Shown: piece after piece, positions 51,947 through 63,843 of the stretch
How positions within the stretch are numbered: position 1 is the first letter of the stretch
Layout: every line of letters starts with the position of its first letter
Assembly: GCF_963921235.1 (NCBI RefSeq)
Contig: NC_086107.1
Coordinates: 108,192,001-108,256,000, forward strand
From: Mobula hypostoma
Lineage: Eukaryota
Direction: 5' to 3'
DNA length: 64,000 bases
The notes under the pieces: generated by a model
What the model was told of the DNA's origin: nothing
Databases searched by the model: none
What the model saw: only the letters and a program-made list of their open reading frames with translations
Made by a program: the position numbers and the translations under genes

Positions 51947-52732
51947 CACCATTTGGGGCCCCAGACAGTCCTTCCAGGTGAGGCGACACGTCACCTGTGA
52001 GTCGGCTGGGGTGATATACTGCGTCCGGTGCTCCCGATGTGACCTTCTATATATTGGTGAGACCCGACGCAGACTGGGAGACTGCTTTGCTGAACACCTA
52101 TGCTCCGTCCGCCAGAGAAAGCAGGATCTCCCAGTGGCCACACATTTTAATTCCACATCCCATTCCCATTCTGACATGTCTATCCACGGCCTCCTCTACT
52201 GTAAAGATGAAGCCACACTCAGGTTGGAGGAACAACACCTTATATTCCGTCTGGGTAGCCTCCAACCTTATGGCATGAACATCGACTTCTCTAACTTCCG
52301 CTAATGCCCCACTTCCCCCTCGTACCCCATCCATTATTTATTTTTATACACACATTCTTTCTCTCACTCTCCTTTTTCTCCCTCTGTCCCTCTGACTATA
52401 CCCCTTGCCCATCTTCTGGGTTTCCCCCCACCCTTGTCTTTCTCCCTGGGCCTCCTGTCCCATGATCCTCTCATATCCCCTTTGCCAATCACCTGCCCAG
52501 CTCTTGGCTCCATCCCTCCCCCTCCTGTCTTCTCCTATCATTTTGGATCTCCCCCTCCCCCTCCCACTTTCAAATCTCTTACTAATTCTTCCTTCAGTTA
52601 GTCCTGACGAAGGTTCTCGGCCTGAAACGTCGACTGTACCTCTTCCTAGAGATGCTGCCTGGCCTACTGCGTTCACCAGCAACTTTGATGTGTGTTGCTT
52701 GAATTTCCAGCATCTGCAGAATTCCTGTTGTT
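51947..52732 (+). mobile_element. Penelope-like element, 5'-truncated, GIY-YIG endonuclease plus terminal repeat
   Basis: GVIYCVRCSRCDLLYIGETRRRLGDCFAEH...VATHF...GMNIDF; 13-bp TSD TGCATATCACAAG (51925-51937 and 52733-52745). Confidence 0.92.
52599..52636 (+). ncRNA. Minimal type I hammerhead ribozyme motif, intact core
   Basis: TAGTC-CTGACGA-AGG(TTCTCGG)CCT-GAAA-C-GTC-GACTG; predicted cleavage after C52631. Confidence 0.8.
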
Positions 52733-54074
52733 TGCATATCACAAGTCCTGGTTATGCGAGCACTGACACCAGGCAGACAATCTCTGAAGAGTATTGATAA
52801 TGGTTGGGAGTCACCCATCTTGTAAAGACACTGCCCAGAAGGTGGCAATGGCCAACCACTTCTGTAAACAAATTTGCCAAGAACAATCATGGTCATGGAA
52901 AGACCATGATCACCCACGTCATACGACACGGTATATAATGAACAAACAAGTGCACAGGACTGGGAAAAATCTGCAGAGGTTGTAGACTCTAGCCAGCTCC
53001 ATCATGGGCACTAGCTGCCCCACCACCGAGGGCATCTTCAAAAGGCAGTGTCCCAGGAAGGCAGCATCCATTATCTAGGACCCCCACCACCCAGGACATG
53101 CCTCCTCCCATCAGGGTGGAGGTACAGGAGCCTGAGGATGAACACTCAAAATTTTAGGAACTGCTTCTTCTCTTCTGCAATGAAAAGATTTCCGAATGGT
53201 CCAGGAACACTACCTCAATATTTTGCTCACTATTTGCTCTATTTATTTATTTTATTATATGTTTCTTATTTTAAATTAGAGTAAATTTTTAAATCTTGCA
53301 CCGTACTGCTGCCACAAAAGAACAAATTTCACATCACACGGCAGTGATAATAAATCTGATTCTGATATAAGATAAACCATTGAGTAGGTACGCAAGTCAC
53401 CGACAATGTCCCAGAGTCTTCATTTCAAAAAAAAACTACAGCACTACAGATCCAAACACAGTTAAGAAGTCTGAAGCACTTTAGAAAGTTAGTCACAGGC
53501 TGAATTTGTAATTACTGTAAGTACACGAAGTACTCTTATTAAAGAGGGAAAGCACATATTAATGAGTCATGAGTGGATTTAACGTCAAGGTGATTTGAGG
53601 AATGATCTGATATTTGGACAATTTAAATGCTGGGCCGGGTGGATTGAAAAGGCAGGGTGTCAGGGCCAGAGATGAGGCCTGGGCTAGTTCTGCTCGCTGC
53701 CCTGCGATGTTTTCTCTTCTCAGCGCTGCACTGACCCTGGCTGCTCTGAGCTCTGCAACGTTCACTCCACCATGTGCTGAATGGAGGCTGACGCTGTGGG
53801 CCTGTTCCAGCTGCTCCGGGCTTCGTGTCTGTGGGCTCCACAACATCTGCTCCACTGTGTGCTAAACTGAGGCTGAGGCTCTGGGCCTACTCTGGCTGCT
53901 TCATGTCCGAGGACTCCCTTTCGTTCCAAATGCTATTTGCCTACTTTGATTGTTGGTATTATTTGTTCCTTTTCTCTCTCTCTCTGCACGTTGGGTGTTA
54001 GTCAGGTATTTTTTATGAGTTCTTTTGGGTCTCTTGTTTTGTGGCTGACTGTAAGGTGATAAACATCAAGCACA

Positions 54075-54392
54075 AAATACTCTTCAGAAGCTGGGGTCAA
54101 AGCAACACTCACAACACGCTGGAGGAACTCAGCAGGTTGGGCAGCATCCGTGGAAACGATCAGTCAACGCTTCGGGCCGGAACCCTTCATCAGGACTGAA
54201 GAGGGAGGGGGCAGAGGCCCTATAAGGAAGATGGGGGGAGGGTGGGAAGGAGAAGGCTGGTAGGTGCCAGGTGAAAAACCAGTAAGGGGAAAGATAAAGG
54301 GGTAGGGGAGGGGAAGCAGGGAGGGGATAGGCAGGAAAGGTGAAGAAGGAATGGGGGAAAGCACAATGGGTAGTAGAAGGAGGCGGAACCAT
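54075..54392 (-). mobile_element. Penelope-like terminal repeat (hammerhead variant at 54161-54198)
   Basis: Near-identical to 28768-29050, inverted; TCAGTC-CTGATGA-AGGGTTCCGGCCC-GAAG-CGTT-GACTGA. Confidence 0.85.
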
Positions 54393-55176
54393 GAGGGATG
54401 AATCTCAAGGTTGTATGATGTATGCATACTTTGATAATAAATGTACTTTGAACTTTGAAGTGTTGTGCTGTAGATAGTTGACAGTATTATTAGTCTTCAG
54501 TAAAGAGTCAACATATGCTCTGAAGTTGCTGGTGCTTCCTGGAGCTCATCTAGCGCAATACACATCAACTCTGCTGTTGGGCTTGCAGAGCAACTCCAAT
54601 ACACTACACCCCACCTCGTGTCCCAACATCCCGTTGTTGTGGCCCTCCAAATCGCCTGACAACTCAACCCTCCCCCACCATCCTCTACCCAGCCAAATGC
54701 CTCACCACACCCCCAGCCCTTGGCTTGGCCTTTACTCTCTCCGTAGTGGTTGATAAAGAATTAGAATCAGAATCAGGTTTGATATCACCAGCACATGCCA
54801 TGAAACTAGTTGTCTTTGTGGCAGCAGTACAGTGCAATTCAGTGAGTGTATTGAATAAGATAGCATTATTTGCCACACGTACATCAAAACAGTGAAAAGT
54901 GAGTATTGTGTTGGGCAGCCGCTTTTGGTGGCAACATAGCACGTCTACTAAATGTCTTTGGAATGTGGAGCAGACCGGAGCACCTCAAGGAAACCCACGT
55001 GGTCAGTATACAAACTTCTTACAGGCAATGTTGGGAATTGACCCCCGATCGGTGATCACTGGCACTATAAAGCGATGCGCTATGCTACTGTGACATCCGC
55101 CAGTACCAGTCTATTGGTCAATAAGCTTTCCCCACCTGCCTGCACCACCCGGCCTGGTGTTGCCCCGTACACTAAC

Positions 55177-55294
55177 CTGGAATACCGTGACGATCGCCCA
55201 GAGAAGTGAGTCAAAGTTCTTCCTGTCAGGAACAGTGTCTCCACCGTCAGTCTTGAGGCTAAATTTACAGCCGAAGATGTGCATTCCCAGAATG
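55177..55294 (-). CDS. CACNA1I: Cav3.3 coding exon C (IIS5-turret)
   Basis: TCCAG|C acceptor, CAG|GTTAGT donor; 118 nt; [39 protein letters not shown]. Confidence 0.96.
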
Positions 55295-58142
55295 CTGGAG
55301 GATAGAAGAAAGAGGGAGGTCAAAGGTTAGTTTAACAATAAAGCAGGTGAAATGCACCTGACAGCAGACATCAGAATCTGGATCAAAAACAAATTGCAGG
55401 AAGAACTCAGTGGGTCAGGCAGCATCCATACAGGCAAGAGGGCAGCCAGGTCCTGATTCAGGTCTTAAACCTCCAAAAAGACTGGACTAAATACGAAAAA
55501 TTGTGTAGAAACTGGAAATCTTGAGTAACACACACAAAACACTAGAGGAACACAGCAAGTCAGGTACTATCTATGGAGGGGAATAAATAGGTCAAAATTT
55601 CAGGCCAAGACCTGATGAACATTCTCAGTCTGAAATCTGTTGATTGCTTATTCCCCTCCATAGATGCTGCCTGATTTGCTGAGTTCCTCCAGCATTTTGT
55701 GTGCATTGAAAGAGGATGAAATGTGGTCCAGATACAGTCTTGAACTGAAATGTCAATCATTCCCCTTTGCCTCCACAGATGCTGCTTGACCTGCTGAGTT
55801 CTTCCAGCAGTTTGTTTTTAAATGCTGCACGTGTTAGAGATTAGAGTCACCCCATCTGTCCCTTTTCTCATTCAGTCAAATTAAAACAGCAAGTTTATAA
55901 TTTCCCTAAAGTGCACAGATGGTTCCGACAGCTAGTCTGATTGGTTTTCATTTTCCTTCTCATCTTCATACCAATTATGCGGCATAGCTGAACCTCAAAC
56001 GACGCTAATGTGCAGCTAGATTTCTCAATTAGGCACTTTTGCAGGGTTTTGACACTGCTCTGCGCTGGCGGGAAATGTCCTGTCAAGCTCACTCTGCATC
56101 GCCATGGTAACGAGGCCTACTTGCAAGGTCAGAGAGAGCCACGAGAGCTCGCGGCGGCCAGCCAATTACCCATGGTGAACGGGCTCGGAACCTGACCGGT
56201 CAGCTAAATAAAAGGAATTCTGCCCCCCCCCGCCCCCGCTAACCCCCTTCATTCAATTCAGTTATAGCTGAAGAGATTAAGGAGATTTTGTTCTCTGAAC
56301 TGGAATATTATTGTCCCATGTAACGAGAGACAGTGAAAAGCATACTGTTCACACAGTTCAGATCGTTAGACAATGCACTGAGGCAGAGCAAAGTTAAAAC
56401 AATAACAATGCAGGCAGAACACAGTGTAATAGCTACAGAGAAAGTGCAGTGCAGGTAAACAATAAAGTGCAAGATGAATAATATTACTCAATAGGTAATG
56501 AATAACCCACCACACAGAACAACCCAGGGAGGGAAGGGAAAGCAGGTCCAGATTGGAACTTGTAATGACAAACATTTTTTAAGGTTTCCCAGTCAGGAGG
56601 TTGAGGGTTCACATCCCTGTCTTGGGACTATAGAGCAATTCCAGGGCGAGAGGGTGTTGTACGGTTCAGTGGAGCTGCCTTTCAATGGGACATTAAACTG
56701 AGGCCTTTCTACCCTCTCGGGTGGAGGCAAAAGACACTGGATAGAGTGAACACGGAGAAGATGTTTCCACAGTAGATAGATCTCTCAGATAGGCACATGG
56801 ATGAATGAAAAATAGAGGGCTATGTGGGTGGGAGGGAGGTGAAGAGCTAGATTGATCTTGGAGTAGGGTAAAAGGTTGGCATAACATTGTGGGCTGAATG
56901 GCCTGTACTGTGTTGTGCTGTTATTAGGAAAGCAGAATAAAGGGATGAAGAAGAATTTCTTCAGCCAGGGGTTGGTGAATCTGTGGAATTCGTTGCCAAA
57001 GAAGACTGTGGAGGCCAAGTCATTGGGTGGATTTAAGGCAGAAATTGATGGGTTATTGAATGGTGAGAGGATTAAGGGTTATAGGGAGAAGGTGGGAGAA
57101 TGTGGTTGAGAAAATAATCAATCATAATAGAGTGGTGGAGCAGGCTGGATGGGCCAAATATCTTTTGGCTTCTTCAACCTGCTAGGGTGAGTGTGAGGGC
57201 AACAGCGCTTTGTAAAGATTTGAGCAACAGGGTGGAGCTGGGGCAGGTTAGAGCATCCTTGAGGGGCTGAAAGGCCCTCAGTTGGTGCATTCACCCTGGA
57301 ATTGCTCCGGCACACGTGACCCTGTGCCAACAGGGAGCGTCACTCGTCAGCGCTCCTCGATCCAACGTTTTCACTATACTTACATTATTTCTGATCTGCT
57401 TTCTCCCCCACAATCTCTACCCCATGTGCGCTATGCATACACAGGTCTGGAGCAGTTTCAAGCGTCAGCACTTGACGGTACGGGCACTAACGCAACACTG
57501 GATTCAATTCCTGCCGCTGTCTGTAAGGCGCTTGTGCATTCTCCTCATCAATGCGTGGGTCTCCTCCAGGTATTCCGGCTCCCTCCCGCCTTCCAAAGAT
57601 GTACGGGTTATTGGGTTAATTGGTCCCAAGGGCAGGGCATCATTAGGCAGGCAGGGCCTTCTAACTGCTGTATCTCTAAACATTTCTAAAAGAAATCTCA
57701 TCTATGTTTTATGTTAATTGTGTACAATTCCATTTTTACTTTATATGTACATATTAACGGCAAGCTTCATTCCTGGAGTCTTATGAAGCTGTTGCTAGGC
57801 TAGTAACTAGGCATGGGTTCACCAGAGTTTGTTTTAGCCTGAAGTTTGCGCCTCGGGCTGTTTGAGCCTGTTACAGACTTTGACTGCCTGTAACAACCCT
57901 GAATGGAACCCCCCCCCCACCCTTTATCACTCCCCATCTCTCTCCGCCACGCTACTGAACCAAGAATTCACTATCCCCTGCTATAAATTTACTGTCTCCG
58001 CACAACACCCAGCAAGTTGGAACCACATCATGAGTTAGAACTTCAGGGATGGAGCAGGAAGAGGAAGAGAACTGAGGGGGAGGGGGAGGGGGAAGAGTTG
58101 GAAGTCGGTACGATCTGAGCCTTGGGCTGCGATGGGACTCAC

Positions 58143-58328
58143 CTGAAAATGAAGATGAAGAGCATCAGGAGCATACAGAAGGTGGCCACGTTATCCATCG
58201 TCTTCATCAGGACCACCAGCTGGCGGCGCAGAGCTGGCATGAATCTCACCAGCTTCAGCACTCGCAGGAGACGGAAGGTGCGCAGCACAGAGAGGCCCCC
58301 GTCCGACTGGCCCACGATTTCACAGACG
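58143..58328 (-). CDS. CACNA1I: Cav3.3 coding exon B (IIS3 end, IIS4, IIS5)
   Basis: GGCAG|C acceptor, AG|GTGAGT donor; 186 nt; [62 protein letters not shown] with S4 arginine repeat. Confidence 0.96.
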
Positions 58329-59122
58329 CTGCCCCAAGAGAAGGCATGTTAAAAAGATAAAACTTGTGCCTATGTATTATGCAGCTGTGTTACAGTGGCT
58401 CGGTCAGTAACACTGAATCGGTAGGTTGGTGGCGGGGCGGGGGGGGGGGGTTCAGGCATGCACCGGACCACTAATATTCCCACTGTCCGTACTGATGGAG
58501 TCCTGAGGCACTATCGTTGGGATGAAGCTTTGAACCGGAGCCTTTTCGCCCCAGGGGGAGTCAAGCAGCAGCTTGTCAGATCCTTTAAATTATGCTGCCC
58601 AGGGCTGTGGGTTTGGGGGGTGGAAGAAATTCTGGCGATATTCTCCTGCACATGGAAAAGATGCCATGGTCACTTTTTCTGAAATGGTGGAAGGTTTCTC
58701 TGTAGCCTCTGGATATATTTTTTTAATCGCTTAGCTATTATCAATAAAATGTATAATTATGCCCATCATCAAATTTCTGTTTGTGAGATCTTACTGTGTT
58801 CATGCAGATATGACATAATTGGCTGCAAAGTGCCTGGGGGCAGCCTCGGGTGCTATATTAATGAGACATCTATTCAACCAGGCCAACGGTGCTTCGCATG
58901 GGCAACTGTGTGGAAGATGTTGGAAAATCCCTTGACAGTGCAGCAGAATTTGACTAATTCAATCATCCTTGCAGTAAATTAGGGAAAGCAATTGGCCAAC
59001 AATTCCATAATCTAGGCAATCAAAAAGAAATTTGACCTGGATTTGCTTGTTCAGTGGTTAGGAGAGCTTTGGTTTAAAGATGCAGTGTCCCTTATGTGGG
59101 TTAGGACATGGGACATGAGCTA

Positions 59123-59153
<31 letters not shown>

Positions 59154-59505
59154 CTGTGTCTGTTGCACGAGCTTGTAAAAGTATCTGTGTGTCCACGTAT
59201 GTGTGTGTTTGTGTGCGTCTTTATGTGTATGTGAATGTATGCAAGTTTCCACGGACTTGTGGCAGTATCTGTTCATGTCTGTCCCTTTGTGTGTGAGAGT
59301 GTCTATCTGTGTGTCTGTGTGTGCATGTGCATGTGTGGGTGTTTGCTTGCACTTGTAGCTGTATTTGTTGGTGTGTGTCTGTCTGTCTGTCTGCATATGT
59401 CTATGTGTGTGTGTGTGTGTGTTTGCATAGACCTGTGGGAGTATCTGTGTGTATCTTTCCATTGTGTGTGTGTGTTGATGCATGTCTATGTAGTGTGCCT
59501 GTTAA
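59123..59505. repeat. (TG)n and degenerate TG-rich microsatellite
   Basis: Direct inspection. Confidence 0.9.
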
Positions 59506-59830
59506 GTTCAGCTCTACACAGAGTGTGATGTAGTGTGCCTGTGTGTGTCTGTTCAGCTCCACACAGAGTGTGATGTAGTGTATCTGTGTGTTTCTGTTCA
59601 GCTCTACACTGAGTGTGATGTAGTGTGTCTGTGTGTGTCTGTTCAGCTCCACACAGAGTGTGATGTAGTGTATCTGTGTGTTTCTGTTCAGCTCTACACT
59701 GAGTGTGATGTAGTGTATCTGTGTGTTTCTGTTCAGCTCTACACTGAGTGTGATGTAGTGTATCTGTGTGTTTCTGTTCAGCTCTACACAGGGTGATGTA
59801 GTGGGTCTGTTCAGCTCTACGCAGAGTGTG
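59506..59830. repeat. 45-bp minisatellite, about 7 copies
   Basis: Unit GTTCAGCTCTACACAGAGTGTGATGTAGTGTATCTGTGTGTTTCT. Confidence 0.92.
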
Positions 59831-60879
59831 CTCTCATGAAGCTCTCATTGATTGAGTCATTTCCAACATTTCAGGCATCGATACACAAAAGGATCACAAG
59901 CTGCCTGCAGTGTGATGAAAGTTGTGTTGTGACGCACAAGAGGAACTCCAGTCTCTGGGAGAGATTGCAGCCTATCTCCTGGCAGCTTCATTTGCTTTCC
60001 GCAGTCCACCTCTCTCCAAGCAGCTTGGATTGGAGGGAGACCAACTCCTAACTCCCCACTTGAGGGGGCTTCACCACAAATGAACAAGGCTACAAGCCAG
60101 AATTCAAAGTAAACACCGGTACTCACCTGGAGAGGGAAAGAATTAAAATGCTAGGGAGTTGTATTTCTGAAAACAGAAATTTCTGGAAACACTCAGGACA
60201 GCATGTGTGAAAAGAGAAATATACGGAGTGCCTGTTATGATGAGGGTATTTGGCCTCTGAAATAAATGTAGATTGTTCGGGTGAGTGGGTTCAGGTGTGA
60301 GATGTGACATTTATTATCAAGCGGAACACGTTTCTTTGTACATGTGGACAGTCACTGGAAGTCTGATGTTCATTCTAACCTCTCCTCAGTGGTCAGTGCT
60401 TCCACATATTTACACAGGAGACTGTCCATTTGACCGAACCAGACTCTACCAGCCTTTGTGCGACGCTCAACCAGCCCGTGGACATCTGTCAGCGCGGTCC
60501 TCAGCTCCCTCCTCCCCCACCCCCCCTGCGCACCGGCCCGGCCTCCCCTTGACTCCAGCAGGCCCACCATCCCAGGAATCGATCCGGTGAACTGCCGCCT
60601 GGTGAGAGCAGGTGGGTGGGTGGGAAAGGGGCTTGTTTGGCTGTTGTTGTTGTTGTTCTGATTTTCCGCGGTCGCTACTTGTGTTGCGTTGTTTGTGGGC
60701 GAGCTACGCTGGCACCGGAACGTGTGGCAGCACTTGTGGGCTGCCCCCAGCACATGGTTGGACAGTGTTGGGTCAAAGTTCAGAGCGGATTTATTATCGA
60801 AGTACATATATGTCACTACATACAGCCCTGAGATCCATTTTCTTGCGGGCATACTCCGCAAATGTATAGAATAGTAACT

Positions 60880-61270
60880 ATAACAGGATCAATGAAAGAC
60901 CAACCAGAAGAAAGAAGACAACAAACTGTGCAAATGCAAATATAAATAAATAGCAACAAAAAATGAGAACATGATTTAACACGAGATAAAGAGTCCTTAA
61001 AGTGAGATCATTGGTTGTGGGAACATCTCAATGATGGGGCTAGTGAGTGTAGTTATCTCCTTTTGTTCAAGAACCTGATGGTCGAGGGGTAGTAACGGTT
61101 CTTGAACCCGGTGGTGCGAGTCCTGAGGCTCTTGAACCTTCTACCTGATGGCAGCAGCAAGAAAAGAGCATGGCCTGGGTGGTGGGGGTCCCTGATAACG
61201 GACGCTGCTTTCCTACGACAGCGTTTCATGTAGTTGTGCTCAACGGATGGGAGGGCTTTACCTGTGGTGT
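60880..61270 (-). mobile_element. Rex-like LINE 3' fragment
   Basis: RRKAASVIRDPHHPGHALFLLLPSGRRFKSLRTRTTGFKNRYYPSTIRFLN. Confidence 0.8.
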
Positions 61271-61392
61271 ACGCGAACAACGCATTTTACTGTATGTTTC
61301 GATATGAAAGTGGTGAATCTGTATCTAAATCTGAACTTGAACCTGAACCTGAACCTGAATATGAATCTGAAGCAGGCAGAGGAGGAATCAAC

Positions 61393-61858
61393 AACACAAA
61401 AAAATCTGCGGATGCTGGAAGTCTAAAAGCAACGCACACACAGAATGCTGGAGGAACACAGCAGGTCAGACAGCGTCTATGGAAAACAGTAAGCAGTCGA
61501 TGTTCTGGGCTGAGACCCTTCATCAGGACCAGGGAAAAAAAGAGAAGTCAGATTAGGAAGGTGGGGGGAGGGAAGGATGAAGTACAAGGTGGTAGGTGAT
61601 AGGTGAAACAGGGAGACGGGGAGGGGGTGAAGTAAAGAGCTGGGAATTTGATTGGTGAAAGAGATAAAAGGCTGGAGAAGGAGGAATCTGATAGCAGAGG
61701 GCAGGAGACCGTGGAATAAGGTGAAGGAGGTCGTGGTCAGGTAAGGGGATAAGGTGAGAGAAGAAAACAGGAATGGGGAACGGTGTAGTTGGGAGAGGGG
61801 TGCAATTACTGGAAGTTAGAGAAATCGTTGTTCATACCCATCAGGTTGGAGACTACCT
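61393..61858 (-). mobile_element. Penelope-like 3' fragment (degenerate hammerhead at 61494-61531)
   Basis: Endonuclease tail GSLQPDG.MN.DFSNF, pyrimidine-rich repeat, CTGATGAAGGGTCTCAGCCC motif. Confidence 0.8.
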
Positions 61859-63099
61859 GAGGAGGAATCAAAAGCATTTTCTAAATGGAGAGAAACTACA
61901 AATGAGCGGAGTGCAGAGGGATCTAGGTGTTCTTGTGTGTGAAACATAAAAAACAATGTGGGCAATGCAAGTAATTATGAACCAAAATGGCAATTTAGGC
62001 TTTACCTGTAGGGGTCTACAGGATGCATCGAAGGCTGCACTTTGGAGTACTGTATACAGCTTTGGTCTCCCTATTTACGGAAGACTATACAAGCATTGGA
62101 AACTATCCAAAAGAGATTCACCAGGCTAAGTCATGGAACGAGGGAATTGTGCTCTGTGGAGCTTAGAAGAATGAGGGGTAATCTTACTGAAATGTAAATA
62201 CCTAAGAGGCCACAGCAGAGGAAATGTCAAGACGTTTCTCTCAGAGGGAGGTTCTGAATGAGCAGAGGCAGTTACAAGATAATGGGACGTTCATTAAAGA
62301 TCATTTGCTACATGTACATCGAAACATGCAGTGAAACGTGTCGTTTCCATCAGATCAAATCAAAGAGCACAGAGTTTACTGATTTTCTTCATTAGCCTAC
62401 CCTTGGACTGGAAATTTCACCTCTTGTTTGAACATGGATGCACATTTTGTATCTATAATAATGTCCACATCCATGTTGCTAATTGCAATGTTAATGTTTG
62501 TGGGGGAGAGTGGATTGTGACACCGAAGCTAAATTGCGAGGTTAATCGAGAGCTAGATTGACCCTTCCCTACCATGCACCAACACCCCAGCCAATAACTT
62601 CCCCTCCGATGTGTATCACCTCCATCAACACCCTCATACACACAAGGCTAATCCTCAGACCCTGGGCCCTGCCATCAAACACACAAGGCCAACCCTCCGA
62701 CTCTAGGGCCTCCCATCAACGCCCTAATACAAACAAGGCTAATCCTCAAACCCTCAGCCCTCCACCAATGTCCCGTGTCCCCAATACCCTGGAGGTTAAC
62801 ACTCCATTTCCTTCTCTGATGCTCTCATACCCCTCAAACTCAAAAGGCAAGTTCTAATGTCTCTAAAGACAACATTCCATTATCACTCATCCCTTCTGCC
62901 AACATTCACAAACCTCCACCACCCCACACCCTTATTTTCTCCACCCTGTCCTGTCCTCAGTGTCAAGGCAAGTGCTCAGTACTGACAACCCCAACCTCTC
63001 ATACATCTGCCTTCCAGCAACAAACCTCCCTAACCTCACCTTCAATACCAACCCCTACAGACACTATTCAAAGAGACCAGCTATCTGCTCACGTGAAAG

Positions 63100-63525
63100 A
63101 ACACAGAACATAGGATACTACAGCTTAGTACAGGCCATTCAATTCATGATGTTGTACTGCTCTTCTAACCAACTCCAAGATCAATCTAACCCTTCCCTCC
63201 TACATAGCTCTAATTTTTTCTATCACCCATGTGCCCATCTAAGAGTTTCTTAAATGCTCCTAAAGTATCTGCCTCTACCAGTGCCCCTGGCAGGGATTTC
63301 CATGGACCTTCTATGCTCTCTATATAAAACCTAACTCTGACATCTCTCCTATACTTTCCTCCAATCACCTTAAAATTATGTCCCCTTGTACCAGCCATTT
63401 GCACCCTGGGAAAAAGTCTCGGTTATTAATGCTTTTGATACCTCTGTATCATCTTGTACACCTCTATCAAGTCACTTCCATCCTCCTTCATCACAAAGAG
63501 AAAAGCCCCAGCTCGTCCAAACTGT
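63100..63525 (-). mobile_element. CR1 LINE 3' fragment
   Basis: TRGHNFKVIGGKY...W.SLPG..VEADTLGAFKKLLD. Confidence 0.75.
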
Positions 63526-63691
63526 AAGACTCTCTAGTCCAGACAGAAGGGTTTTGCGAATAACTGGAGCTTATTTTTTTTTCTCAAATAGCATGATAAA
63601 CCAGTCCCCTTCTCTATTCTTATCCTCATGTTAGGTGGCCTCTGAGCAATGGGGAGAACACCTTCGGCCATTTGCGCATTCCTTCACCCAC

Positions 63692-63843
63692 CTGATGATG
63701 ACGATGATACCATCGAAAATGTTATAAGGGTTCCTCAGGTAGTTGAAGAAACCAAATGCAGTGAGCTTGAGAATCATCTCCAGGGCAAACATGCTGGTAA
63801 ATACGATATTGCTAATCTCCAAGACATTTGTCAGCTCCTCTGG
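63692..63843 (-). CDS. CACNA1I: T-type Ca channel alpha-1I (Cav3.3) coding exon A (IIS2-IIS3)
   Basis: TTCCAG|CCA acceptor, AG|GTGGGT donor; 152 nt; [51 protein letters not shown]. Confidence 0.95.

Noticed and set aside
59058..59796. His/Thr- and Cys/Val-rich ORFs
   Set aside because: Translations of TG microsatellite and minisatellite
62545..63070. C-rich region with loosely repeated AAGGCTAATCCTCA
   Set aside because: Low-complexity degenerate repeat with no supportable function
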